A stretch of DNA of 64,000 nucleotides from Candidatus Moraniibacteriota bacterium (GTDB lineage Bacteria > Patescibacteriota > Minisyncoccia > Moranbacterales > UBA1568), in the NCBI GenBank assembly GCA_013334575.1, contig JAAXXG010000005.1:3080-67079 (forward strand), written 5' to 3'. The notes beneath the pieces were generated by a model, which saw nothing but the letters and a program-made list of their open reading frames with translations, did not search any database and was not told the origin of the DNA. The position numbers and the translations under genes were made by a program. Positions 1 through 9,291 of this stretch are shown one piece after another; the first letter of the stretch is position 1, and each line of letters begins with the position of its first letter.

Positions 1-372
1 TTGCACGCTGACCGGTAAGGCCTCTTTCCAGATGATTCCCGCAAGCTTTCCCCGCTCCAGCCCGTCCAGTCGATCCGTAATCCTCGCAACCGCCGGACGG
101 ATAGCTCCGACCAGCCTGTCGATCGCGCCGAGGAACCGTTTCCGTTCTTCCATGCCGAGTTTCGCGAACGACTCGCCTTCGGCTTCGGGATCTTCGAAAT
201 CGCCGGATAAAAGCTTGGCCGCTGCAAAACGCGCCTCGATATAGTCACTCGGAAACACCCCTTCCTGCTCGAGCATCTGAAGTTGTTGCGCGCAGGAGTC
301 AAGAAAGACGCGCCTTCTCCGACTCCGTTCCTGTTCCGCTATCGATGAAGCGCCTACGAACTCCCGTTCCAT
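1..372 (-). CDS. Hypothetical protein, 3' end runs off the window
   Basis: Manual translation from ATG at 372: MEREFVGASSIAEQERSRRRRVFLDSCAQQLQMLEQEG...; open to position 1; directly downstream of pyk. Confidence 0.65.
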   Translation of the reverse strand, partial: MEREFVGASSIAEQERSRRRRVFLDSCAQQLQMLEQEGVFPSDYIEARFAAAKLLSGDFEDPEAEGESFAKLGMEERKRFLGAIDRLVGAIRPAVARITDRLDGLERGKLAGIIWKEALPVSVQ

Positions 373-381
373 GTCGGTCCG

Positions 382-1812
382 TTAGCGTATTTCCCGTATT
401 CCGACAAGACGCATCATGTCGCGCTCGCCGGGGACGCGCCCAAGGAAGACTACCGCCTGGTCTCCGGCCGCGAGACCACCGTCCTCTTTGGCCCGATCGA
501 CCATCTTATCGATGAACGAATCAAGGTTCCGGTCACCCTCGAAAAGGTACGGCCGCGCACCCCACAGCAACGCGAGCCGGTTGTAGGTCGTGCGGTCGTT
601 CGTGGCGACAAGGATACCGGTATCGGGACGGAAGTGCGAGGCGAGCTTCGCCGTGTACCCGCTCATGGACAGGAGCAGGATCGCCTTCGTCCGGAAGCTC
701 TTGGCCAGCTCGTACACGCTGCGGATCAGCATCGCGTATTCGGAATGGACGTTGAGATCAAGCGCGTCGTACACGTCGTCGAATGGCGATTCCTCGGTCT
801 TCGTAATGATTTCCCGCATCATGGCAACCGTCTCGACGGGATACTTTCCCATCGCCGATTCCTCGGAAAGCATCACCGCATCCGCATGGTCCACGACCGC
901 GTTCGTCACGTCGCTCACCTCGGCACGGGTCGGGATAGGCTCCTCCACCATGGATTTCATCATCTGCGTGGCGACGATGACCGGCTTGAGCGCCATGAGG
1001 CTGCGCCGCACGATATCCTTCTGCAGCAGGGTCACTTCGGCTTCCGGCATCTCGATACCCAGATCGCCGCGCGCGACCATGACCGCATCCGTGGCGCCGA
1101 TCACCTCGTCGAGGTTGCGGATCGCCTCCCTGCGTTCGATCTTCGAGACGATCTCCGGCAGCGCGACGCCCTCCGGAAGCATCTCCTTCATCGTCTCACG
1201 GGCACGATCGATATCCTTCGCGGATCCCACGAACGAGAGCCCGACATACTCGACCCCCTCCCCGAGCACGAACGCGAGATCGCGAAGATCCTTCTCCGAC
1301 AGGACCGGCAGGTCGAACGCGGAATCGGGAAGATTGACCCCCTTCCGTGGCCGTATCACGGCGTCGTTCTTCGCTTCGGCGGTCGCGAATCCCCCGTCCC
1401 GGCCGGTCACGACGAGTCGGATGGTCCCGTCCTGGATCAGCACCTCGTGACCCGCTTCGAGCGAATCCGAGATTCCGGCCACATCGAGGACTATAGTCGC
1501 TTCCTTGGAATCGGCAAGCGCCTCCATATGCGCCGTGTCGGAAATACGGACGGACTGTCCGGCAGCGACCGGAATCTCCGTTTCGTTCCCCACGCGGATC
1601 CGCGGTCCCTGCAGATCGGCCAGGATACCGATCGGCGTCGACAATTCTTCGGAAAGCTCGCGCACGCGGCCGATGACCGCCTTGTGCCAGGCATGCTCGT
1701 TATGGGAGAAGTTGAGCCGGACGACGTTCATTCCGGCGCGGACGAGTTCCCGGAGCGTGTCTTTGGACTCCGAAGCGGGACCGATGGTCGCGACGATCTT
1801 GGTGTTTTTCAT
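382..1812 (-). CDS. pyk: Pyruvate kinase
   Basis: TKIVATIGPAS, RLNFSH, DLQGPRIR, MVARGDLGIE, ATQMMKSM, PTRAEVSDV, AVMLSEESAMG motifs. Confidence 0.98.
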   Translation of the reverse strand: MKNTKIVATIGPASESKDTLRELVRAGMNVVRLNFSHNEHAWHKAVIGRVRELSEELSTPIGILADLQGPRIRVGNETEIPVAAGQSVRISDTAHMEALADSKEATIVLDVAGISDSLEAGHEVLIQDGTIRLVVTGRDGGFATAEAKNDAVIRPRKGVNLPDSAFDLPVLSEKDLRDLAFVLGEGVEYVGLSFVGSAKDIDRARETMKEMLPEGVALPEIVSKIERREAIRNLDEVIGATDAVMVARGDLGIEMPEAEVTLLQKDIVRRSLMALKPVIVATQMMKSMVEEPIPTRAEVSDVTNAVVDHADAVMLSEESAMGKYPVETVAMMREIITKTEESPFDDVYDALDLNVHSEYAMLIRSVYELAKSFRTKAILLLSMSGYTAKLASHFRPDTGILVATNDRTTYNRLALLWGARPYLFEGDRNLDSFIDKMVDRAKEDGGLAAGDQAVVFLGRVPGERDMMRLVGIREIR

Positions 1813-1981
1813 AGGATGTTTTTGGAGGTTTCGTTTCTTGCGGGAGCCCTTTTCCGAAAGGATACCTCCGTAGAGACAGGATACTTCCCATCATTACCAG
1901 TATAATCCGCGCCCCGTGAAAAGAAAAACTGCCATGCCGTTTGTCGGCTATGGCAGTCTTCTGTGGAATTTCGTCGGCCTT

Positions 1982-2410
1982 TCATTCAAAAGGTACCGGC
2001 GCCCCCAAAAACACCTCGAGTGAAGCATGAAGAAGCCGCCCTTCCCGAACGATGGCCTCGGGCGACCAGTCCTGATCGCACGACCAGGATGCCGATTGTC
2101 TGATCGCCGTCTTCAATCGCTCAGTTCTCAGGGCTTCGATACTACTCCCCGAGACAGGAAGTTCGCTCAACGCCATTTCGACATTCAACGAATCAGCCAT
2201 GATACCGGCGAGGGCGACGAGTCGCCGTTCGGAAAGATCGGGGATTTCGGCTCGTTCACGAAGTAGCGCTTCAAGGGATTGCCGCAGAAGCCTCCAGCCG
2301 GCCGTCCCGGGCAGGATATCGAGATGGTCGGCATACTCCCTCAGGAGCAATTCATGCTCCAGTCGCAGCTCTACGGCCGGCAATACGGCGTTATTATTAC
2401 CTCGTTTCAT
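1982..2410 (-). CDS. Hypothetical protein (accessory), start probably MKRGNNN
   Basis: ORF preceded by AAAGGAG Shine-Dalgarno; bounded by terminator-like hairpins at ~1925-1960 and ~2500-2529. Confidence 0.55.
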   Translation of the reverse strand: MKRGNNNAVLPAVELRLEHELLLREYADHLDILPGTAGWRLLRQSLEALLRERAEIPDLSERRLVALAGIMADSLNVEMALSELPVSGSSIEALRTERLKTAIRQSASWSCDQDWSPEAIVREGRLLHASLEVFLGAPVPFE

Positions 2411-2556
2411 GATGATATTCTCCTTTTTGAAGGTTCGAAAAAATAATCCATTGTTAAGACCGTCGATACTACCATCGATGTCAAATCGCGTCAAGAATGC
2501 GAAAACCACCCGGAGTCGGGCGGTTTTCGTATCGATATCGAACCGAACGCACGAAC

Positions 2557-3057
2557 CTAGTTCGTATACATGTCCTTCACCTGGAAAAGGATGTACCAGC
2601 CGATGATCGCGCCGACGAGGCCGCCGATCACGTTGAACGACAGGATGTTCCCCACGAGACCGACGAGCGTCGCGTAGTACGAGAGTCGCCAGCCGCGCGC
2701 CGAGCGGGCGAAGAGTCCGGGAATCGCCAACAGGTCGAGCACGAGCGAGATCGCCGCGAAGACGAACGAGATGAATGCTGCAACGCCGTAGTGTCCGCCG
2801 AGGAGCGCGAACGGGGCAAGCAGGGCCGACAGTCCGAGTCCGGCCAGAAGTGCCGGCACCGCGATGATCGCCATCACGATCACGAGATACGGGGCGACCT
2901 TCACGATAAGGTCCTTTCCGTTCTGGGGAATGGCGAACGGCGCCTTCTTCACCATATACTCGTCGAGGATCGCTTCAAGCTGCGCAAGGACGCCCTTCAT
3001 GTCCGACGACGCGGTTCCTTCCGTCTTCTTTTCCTCCGTCTTCGTCTCTTCCGACAT
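2557..3057 (-). CDS. Conserved hypothetical multi-pass membrane protein
   Basis: MSEETKTEEKK start; 3-4 hydrophobic helices; strong coding-type codon bias. Confidence 0.8.
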   Translation of the reverse strand: MSEETKTEEKKTEGTASSDMKGVLAQLEAILDEYMVKKAPFAIPQNGKDLIVKVAPYLVIVMAIIAVPALLAGLGLSALLAPFALLGGHYGVAAFISFVFAAISLVLDLLAIPGLFARSARGWRLSYYATLVGLVGNILSFNVIGGLVGAIIGWYILFQVKDMYTN

Positions 3058-3068
3058 ATCCGTTGCGA

Positions 3069-3545
3069 TTACAGGATTATTCCTTCCGATTCCAGGATAC
3101 TCCCCTCCTCGATTTCCCGCAAAATCTCTTCGGGGACGGGATTGCGTTTCGGACTCACTCCCGGATACCGCCACGCACTGATAACCCGCAGAGAGCAGTT
3201 AACAGATAATGGATAACGGGAATCCCCAGATGCCGAGTTATTTGTTTTCTGCTTCTTGTTAACTGATTTCCGTTGAGCATACATCACCCATATCTCCTGC
3301 GCCCAGGTCTCCTTACCATCCTTGCGTTTCACGGAAGAAGGCTGCATCACGGCGACGGTATCCTTGGCGATACCCTCCTCGCGCCGCTTCGGATTCCGGA
3401 TAACCGACCGAACGCGCTGCGCGGACAGTCCGTACTGTTTCATCTTGAACTCGGCATGCCGGGTGAACAGGACGTCCGAACGGAGCGCCGCCCCCTTTTG
3501 CCGGCGCTCCCGAGCCATATTCACGAAATCCCGATAATCGGACAT
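3069..3545 (-). CDS. Hypothetical protein, DUF4258/BrnT-like fold suspected
   Basis: FTRHAEFKMKQYGLS...IRNP and IISAWRYPG-like segments resemble the DUF4258 pattern; carries an internal AT-rich insert. Confidence 0.6.
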   Translation of the reverse strand: MSDYRDFVNMARERRQKGAALRSDVLFTRHAEFKMKQYGLSAQRVRSVIRNPKRREEGIAKDTVAVMQPSSVKRKDGKETWAQEIWVMYAQRKSVNKKQKTNNSASGDSRYPLSVNCSLRVISAWRYPGVSPKRNPVPEEILREIEEGSILESEGIIL

Positions 3546-3611
3546 AAGGGATAGCGATAGGAATCAGGCTTTCAAAAAACGAGGAGATACGTCTTTTTGA
3601 TTCTTTCTTCG

Positions 3612-4526
3612 TTATTCCCCGTCCTCCCCGACCCGCTCGCCGAGCAGGGCCGCGATGCGCTCCTCGACCGGCGGATGGGTCATGAACAGCTTCGCGACCT
3701 TCCGCCCCTTGAAAGGATTCGCGATATAAAGATGTGCGGTCGCACGGTTCGCGGCCTCGAGCGGCTCCGTATCCGCGGATATCTTGCGCAGGGCCGAGGC
3801 AAGCCCTTCGGGATATCGGGTCAGGAGCGCTCCCGACGCGTCGGCGAGGAACTCGCGCTTGCGCGAGATGGCAAGCTGCATAAGCATCGCCGCAAGCGGC
3901 GCGAGAATCGAGAGCGCGAGCGCGAGCAGAAAGAAAATCATCTGAAGCTGCCCGTCGCCTTCCCGATCGTCGCGACGGCGCCCTCCTCCGTACCAGACCA
4001 TGTTCCTGAACCAGTCGGCCAGAAGAGCCACGAATCCGACCAGTACGACGACGACCGTCGAAAGGAGCGTATCCCGGTTCCCGATGTGCGAGAGCTCGTG
4101 CGCGGCGACTCCCTCGATTTCCGACCGGTCGAGGCGCGACAGGAGTCCTGCCGTGAAACAGATGACTCCGTGTTCGGGATCCCGCCCCGTCGCGAAGGCG
4201 TTCATGGCGGTATCGTCGATAACATAGATCCGCGGCATCGGAAGTCCGGCCGCGATGGAAAGGTTCTCGACGACCCGGAACAGCTCACGGTCGTCGTCCG
4301 GACCGATCGGTCGCGCGCCGCTCATGGACAGGACGATCTTATCGCTCCACCAGTACGAGCCGAAGCTCATAAGCGCGGAAAAGATGACCGCGAACGGCAG
4401 TATGCCCGGCGCATCGAGCGCCTGCGCGAATACGTACCCGGCACCGATGACCAGGACGAGAAACCCGGTCATATAGACCCAGGTAAGCGACGTATTGCGA
4501 TCGTAACTCGTATAGACGGATGCCAT
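3612..4526 (-). CDS. htpX: HtpX-like M48 zinc metalloprotease
   Basis: NAFATG, HELSH (HExxH), SRKREFLADA, THPPVEERI; downstream of lemA. Confidence 0.95.
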   Translation of the reverse strand: MASVYTSYDRNTSLTWVYMTGFLVLVIGAGYVFAQALDAPGILPFAVIFSALMSFGSYWWSDKIVLSMSGARPIGPDDDRELFRVVENLSIAAGLPMPRIYVIDDTAMNAFATGRDPEHGVICFTAGLLSRLDRSEIEGVAAHELSHIGNRDTLLSTVVVVLVGFVALLADWFRNMVWYGGGRRRDDREGDGQLQMIFFLLALALSILAPLAAMLMQLAISRKREFLADASGALLTRYPEGLASALRKISADTEPLEAANRATAHLYIANPFKGRKVAKLFMTHPPVEERIAALLGERVGEDGE

Positions 4527-4610
4527 AGACGGAAACGTTAGGAAGAAGAAAGGAGCGCCCACGCGCCCCTCCTTTATAGCCGATTCGGAACCGACTTTCC
4601 AGGGAGCGCC

Positions 4611-5162
4611 CTAGAACGAGACCTCGACCGGCTTCTTCGCCGCCTCCTCCTCGAGCTCGAAGAAGTCACGCTTCCGGAAACTGAACATCGAGGCCGCGAT
4701 ATTGGTCGGGAACGACTCGATCATGGTATCGAGATCGCGAACGTTCGCGTTATAGAAACGGCGGGCGGACTGGATCTTGTTCTCCGTGTCCGACAGCTCA
4801 CGCTGAAGCTCGAGAAAGTTCTCGTTCGCCTTCAGTTCCGGATAGTTCTCCGCGACCGCGAACAGGCTCTTGAGCGTCCCGGAAAGAGCGTTCTCCGCCT
4901 CCATCTTGGCATGCGCATCACCGGCAGCCATCGCGCGCGTGCGTGCCTCGGTCACCTTCTCGAAGACACCGGACTCGTGCGCGGCATACCCCTTCACGGT
5001 GTTGACCAGGTTCGGAATGAGGTCATATCGACGCTTGAGCTGCACGTCGATATCGCTCCAGGACTCGTCGGTGCGGTTCTTGAGCGTGACAAGGCGATTG
5101 TAAGCGATCGCCGCCCACGCCGCGACCGCGACGATGACAACGAGAAGTATGGGCATATTCAT
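4611..5162 (-). CDS. lemA: LemA family protein
   Basis: IDVQLKRRYDLIPNLV, ENYPELKAN, ARRFYN motifs. Confidence 0.96.
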   Translation of the reverse strand: MNMPILLVVIVAVAAWAAIAYNRLVTLKNRTDESWSDIDVQLKRRYDLIPNLVNTVKGYAAHESGVFEKVTEARTRAMAAGDAHAKMEAENALSGTLKSLFAVAENYPELKANENFLELQRELSDTENKIQSARRFYNANVRDLDTMIESFPTNIAASMFSFRKRDFFELEEEAAKKPVEVSF

Positions 5163-5274
5163 ACGGTTTCAGATACGAATTATCCGGACACGCCCAGTAT
5201 AGCCGAAGGCTCCGGACGGGGCAAACCCGGAAAAACGGGGTATAATCCGGTACGGAACCGCATAAACATCGCCT

Positions 5275-6957
5275 ATGGAACCGAGACAAACCGCGCGCCG
5301 TCTTTTGAAAAAAAGCCTCCGTGCCACGAAGTCGTTCGTCGCGACGATCGAAGACGCGCAACTCTCTCCAACCCTGTTCATCGCGACGTTCCTTGCTATC
5401 GTCATATCGCGGATCCTCATCGAGACCGTCCTCTCGGGATTCGCACCTCGGTCAGATTCATCCTTCTTCCTCCTCTTCGCACACTACTTTCTCGAATTCC
5501 TCTTCACGCTGCTCCTTCTGATCCCTATCGTCCGCCGGGCCGGTAGCGTGACGCTCCGCGCCGCCGCGAACGTCTCCCTTCTCGCGTTCCTGCTCGTCCT
5601 CACGCCGCCGATAACCGACGCGATCATCTCGGGCGGCGCCGCCCTTCTTTCCACGTACGAGGTCGGCAGTCTCACCGAACTGTTCCGCTCGTTCATCGGC
5701 TTTTTCGATTCGACGCCGGATTCAGGGATTACCTATGGCATCCGTCTCGAGGTCGCCCTCTCGGCCGTCGGAATAGCCGGGTATACGCTCATACGAAGCC
5801 GGAAACGGGGCCCGCTCCGCGCACTCGCGGCAGCCGTCGCAACATATTCCGTCCTGTTCGTCGTCTCGACATTGCCCGCCTGGATCGCGATCCTGTTTCT
5901 CGGTCCCTCGAAAGGGTTTCTCTCGGTAACCGGAGCCGACGCGATCGGAATGTTCTTCTCGCCTCGCCAACTCTTCTCCCTGCCCGTCCCAAGTCTTTTC
6001 GACGCGACGCATGTCACGATGATCCTCGTCTATTCGGTCCTGCTACCCGTCGTCGTCGCTGCGATCCTGTTCCGGTTCGAGCGGACCTATTTCCTCGCTC
6101 TCCTGAAAAACGTCCGATGGCCGCAGGTTTTGTGGCACGGAGGACTGCTGTTCCTGGGAGGCACCCTGGCGATCGTCTATGCGGGCGCCGACCAGTCGTT
6201 CTCGCCATTCGAGCTAATCGCGACCGCGGTCATGTCGATAGCAGTCGTCTGCGCCTGGCTCGCCTCGGTCGTCGCCAACGATCTTGCCGACCGCAGGATA
6301 GACGAGGTGACGAACGCGAAACGGCCGCTTCCGACCCGCGATATCCCGGCCGCGCTCTACCGCGAAATCGGGGTGTTCTTCTTCGCCGGTTCCATCCTAC
6401 TTTCGCTTTCCGTCTCATCAAAGGCAGCCTTGCTCATCCTCGCATATCAGGGAATCGCCTGGATCTACTCCGTTCCGCCTCTTCGGCTCAAGCGGATACC
6501 GGTCATAGCTACACTCCTCTCCGCCGCCGCCGGCATGACGATCCTCTTCGCCGGATACGAGTTCGCCTCGCCGATAGCCTCCATATCGCCGATCCCCTCC
6601 TCCCTGCTCGTCTATCTTTTCATCTGTTACGCCGTCACCATCCCGCTCAAGGACTTCAAGGACATGGAGGGCGATCGGAAAGACGGCGTCATCACGATTC
6701 CGGTCCTACTCGGAGAGGAACGGGCGAGATTCCTGGTCGGAATCCTATTGTTCTTCTGCTATGCCGTAAGCCCCATCGCATTGCACGACGCCGGACTGTT
6801 CGTTCCCGCCTTCCTGTTCGCAAGCCTCTCCTTTCTCTCGGTCCGCCGGGCGAACCGGCCTGGCAGCCGATGGGGATCGTTCCGATCGCTCCCGGCCTGG
6901 AACATGTTCTTCATCATCCTATACGGCTGCATCACCGCGGTCTTCCTCCTGAACTGA
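5275..6957 (+). CDS. UbiA-family prenyltransferase with long N-terminal membrane extension
   Basis: NDLADRRIDEVTNAKRPLP and KDFKDMEGDRKDG Asp-rich motifs, YSVPPLRLK; many TM helices. Confidence 0.85.
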   Translation: MEPRQTARRLLKKSLRATKSFVATIEDAQLSPTLFIATFLAIVISRILIETVLSGFAPRSDSSFFLLFAHYFLEFLFTLLLLIPIVRRAGSVTLRAAANVSLLAFLLVLTPPITDAIISGGAALLSTYEVGSLTELFRSFIGFFDSTPDSGITYGIRLEVALSAVGIAGYTLIRSRKRGPLRALAAAVATYSVLFVVSTLPAWIAILFLGPSKGFLSVTGADAIGMFFSPRQLFSLPVPSLFDATHVTMILVYSVLLPVVVAAILFRFERTYFLALLKNVRWPQVLWHGGLLFLGGTLAIVYAGADQSFSPFELIATAVMSIAVVCAWLASVVANDLADRRIDEVTNAKRPLPTRDIPAALYREIGVFFFAGSILLSLSVSSKAALLILAYQGIAWIYSVPPLRLKRIPVIATLLSAAAGMTILFAGYEFASPIASISPIPSSLLVYLFICYAVTIPLKDFKDMEGDRKDGVITIPVLLGEERARFLVGILLFFCYAVSPIALHDAGLFVPAFLFASLSFLSVRRANRPGSRWGSFRSLPAWNMFFIILYGCITAVFLLN

Positions 6958-7019
6958 GATGACTACCTTCCGGCGCGCTCCGTTCCATAGCAAAGAATGG
7001 ACCTGCGGATCGGCAAAAG

Positions 7020-7045
7020 AAAAAGACCGGGTACCCGGTCTTTTT
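7020..7045. terminator. Bidirectional intrinsic terminator
   Basis: AAAAAGACCGGGTACCCGGTCTTTTT between convergent UbiA and rsmA genes. Confidence 0.8.
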
Positions 7046-7056
7046 CGCATCCGTAT

Positions 7057-7866
7057 TCAGGAACGCGATTCCCCGATCCGACCGACGAGGCCTATCCAGT
7101 CCGCAACGGACAGCTCCTGCGCCCGAATCCTCGTATCAAGCCCCATTCCGGACAAGATCGCCTCTACCTCTCCGCGAGGAATCCGCCGACTTGAGGAAAG
7201 ATTGTTCGCGAGCGTCTTGCGCCGGGCAGCGAACCCGGCCCGCGCGAGACCGAACAGTTTCCGGTCGTCCTCCTTGAGAAACGGCCTCTGCGGCACCAGC
7301 TTTACGACCGCACTGTCGACATTCGGCTCCGGAAAGAACGCCGTCCGCGGAACGAACAGTTCCTTCGATACCGTCGCGTAGTACTGTGCCATGAGCGACA
7401 GAAGGCTCATGCTTCCCGAGGGTGCGGCCAACCGGTCGGCGACCTCCTCCTGAACCATGAGAACGATCCGCTCCGGCCGTATCGGAAGCGACAGCAAAAG
7501 ACGGATGATCGGCGCCGTAATGTAGTACGGGATATTCGCGACGACCTTGTATGCCCCGTCCTCAAAACCGGATTCCCGAAGCAGCGCGGCGACATCCAGC
7601 TCGAGGATGTTCCCTTCGAGGAGCGACAGGTTCGCGGACGCGGCGAAGGTCTCGCCGAGACGGGTCACGAGGTCGCGGTCGAGTTCCACGGCCAGCACCG
7701 ACGCTGCCCGCTCCAGGAGATGCGACGTAAGGGCTCCCGTACCGGGGCCTATCTCAAGGATCCGGTCTTCCGGTCGGACATCGGCGACGGAAAGGATTCC
7801 CTCGACGATATCCGTGTCCCGAAGAAAGTTCTGCCCGAGCGATTTTTTTGCTTTCACCTGTTCCAT
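7057..7866 (-). CDS. rsmA: 16S rRNA m6,2A dimethyltransferase RsmA/KsgA
   Basis: KKSLGQNFL, EIGPGTG, VANIPYYIT, RRKTL motifs. Confidence 0.97.
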   Translation of the reverse strand: MEQVKAKKSLGQNFLRDTDIVEGILSVADVRPEDRILEIGPGTGALTSHLLERAASVLAVELDRDLVTRLGETFAASANLSLLEGNILELDVAALLRESGFEDGAYKVVANIPYYITAPIIRLLLSLPIRPERIVLMVQEEVADRLAAPSGSMSLLSLMAQYYATVSKELFVPRTAFFPEPNVDSAVVKLVPQRPFLKEDDRKLFGLARAGFAARRKTLANNLSSSRRIPRGEVEAILSGMGLDTRIRAQELSVADWIGLVGRIGESRS

Positions 7867-7911
7867 ATGCCCTTATGATATCTCATTCTCGCCCCTTCGC
7901 CAGCGTCGAAC

Positions 7912-8857
7912 CTAATTGAGCACCGGTTCGACCTTCACTTCGATCACGCCGGAACCGAGCGAGGCGATCTTCTCGAAGGCGACCTTGTCGAGGTCGATGA
8001 TCCGCCCCTTGCCGTACGGACCACGGTCGTTTATGACCACGATGACCGACTTTCCGTTCGCCGGATTCGTAACCCGCGCATAGCTCCCCAAAGGAAGCGA
8101 GAGGCTCGCGGCCGCAAGTTTCCCCGTGTACGAATACCAGGTACCGAGCCCCTTGTCCGCCTTTCCGACCTTGACGTACGTCCCCTGGACGACGACTTCG
8201 GCCACCGGCTCCTTCGTCACTTCGGTACCGAGCAGCTTCCGCGAGACCTCCTTTCCGTCATGATAGCTTACGCGGTACCGATAAGTACGGACACCGTTCT
8301 CCCCCTTCGTCTCAACGACTTTTTTCCGCCAGCTGAGCGAATCATCCTCCTTCGTCTTCGTCTCGTAGGCGATCTTCTTATCCGCGGACTCCTCGCGCAC
8401 TTCGACACGGATCACCGTAAGTTTCGCCCGTCTTCCGACCAACAGGGTTTCCTCGGCCGGATCGGCAAGATCGTCCTCACGAAGCGAAATGCCCGCCTCG
8501 ATAAGTGCCCCTCCGACGCTCCGCGCATCCGTCGAAAGATCCTTCGTTTCCCCGTCCGCAGTCACCCGAAGTTCCTTCCTCCGGGAAACCGTCACCCGCA
8601 TACCGGACGAAAGCGGCGTCTCCCGGGAAGGGATGACGGTATCGTCCGGAGAGAGTCCGTCGATCGACGTGTCGACCAGGCTCCCGATCGTCTCCGCCGT
8701 GACCCGCTCGAACGTCATAGGAAACCCGTCGAGGATGATCGTCACATCCTTCGATCGGGACGGGTCATAAATCCGATTCTTCCCATGGGACAGCAAAAAA
8801 ACGGCGCCGATCGCGCCTCCTATCAACAGAACAGGAATGAAAAACCGTCTCCTCATA
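7912..8857 (-). CDS. YabE-like cell-wall enzyme: DUF348 + G5 + RlpA-like double-psi barrel
   Basis: N-terminal TM, DUF348-like repeats, G5 (KGENGVR...EPVAEVVVQGT), C-terminal INDRGPY...IIDL; upstream of rsmA like yabE. Start uncertain. Confidence 0.85.
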
Positions 8858-8898
8858 CGTCTTTTAGGGTACCCGAAAAGAAGGTGAAAGAAAAGCAC

Positions 8899-9192
8899 TC
8901 ACGATGGAGTGCTTCCCGTACGTTTGTAGCGTATAACCTGATATACAAGCAGATATGCGACCAGGGCACCCGATGCCTGAGAGTATCCGAGATAATAATC
9001 AGGCGTCTGCTTTGTCCAGGCATATCCGGCCCACAGGGAGTAAGCCAGCGCTCCGACATACGGAATAGACGGAGAAAATCCTTCCGTGCTTTTCCGCTTG
9101 TAATTCTTCCAGGCCTGCAAAGCCAAACTGCCGACGACCGCAATTGAAACAAGTGCGACAAGCATTCCAAGGATGTTGTTAACGTTCTCCAC
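8899..9192 (-). CDS. SemiSWEET/PQ-loop-like small transporter
   Basis: 97 aa, 3 TM; LQAWKNYKRKSTEGFS resembles PQxxKxxxxKSTxxxS, plus LWAGY; AGGAGG upstream of GTG. Confidence 0.65.
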   Translation of the reverse strand: MENVNNILGMLVALVSIAVVGSLALQAWKNYKRKSTEGFSPSIPYVGALAYSLWAGYAWTKQTPDYYLGYSQASGALVAYLLVYQVIRYKRTGSTPS

Positions 9193-9291
9193 CCCCCCTC
9201 CTTTTGTTTACGTGTTTAAAGAAAGAAACATGATTCTAATCCGCGAAGACCGTATCGACAAGCTGCCGATATTTACCCGGAAGGCCTTTCT

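Noticed and set aside
590-1905. Long antisense ORFs over pyk (similar ones over pnp, gyrA, rpsA, ftsH and PBP)
   Set aside because: Shadow ORFs produced by GC-rich codon bias opposite well-identified genes.
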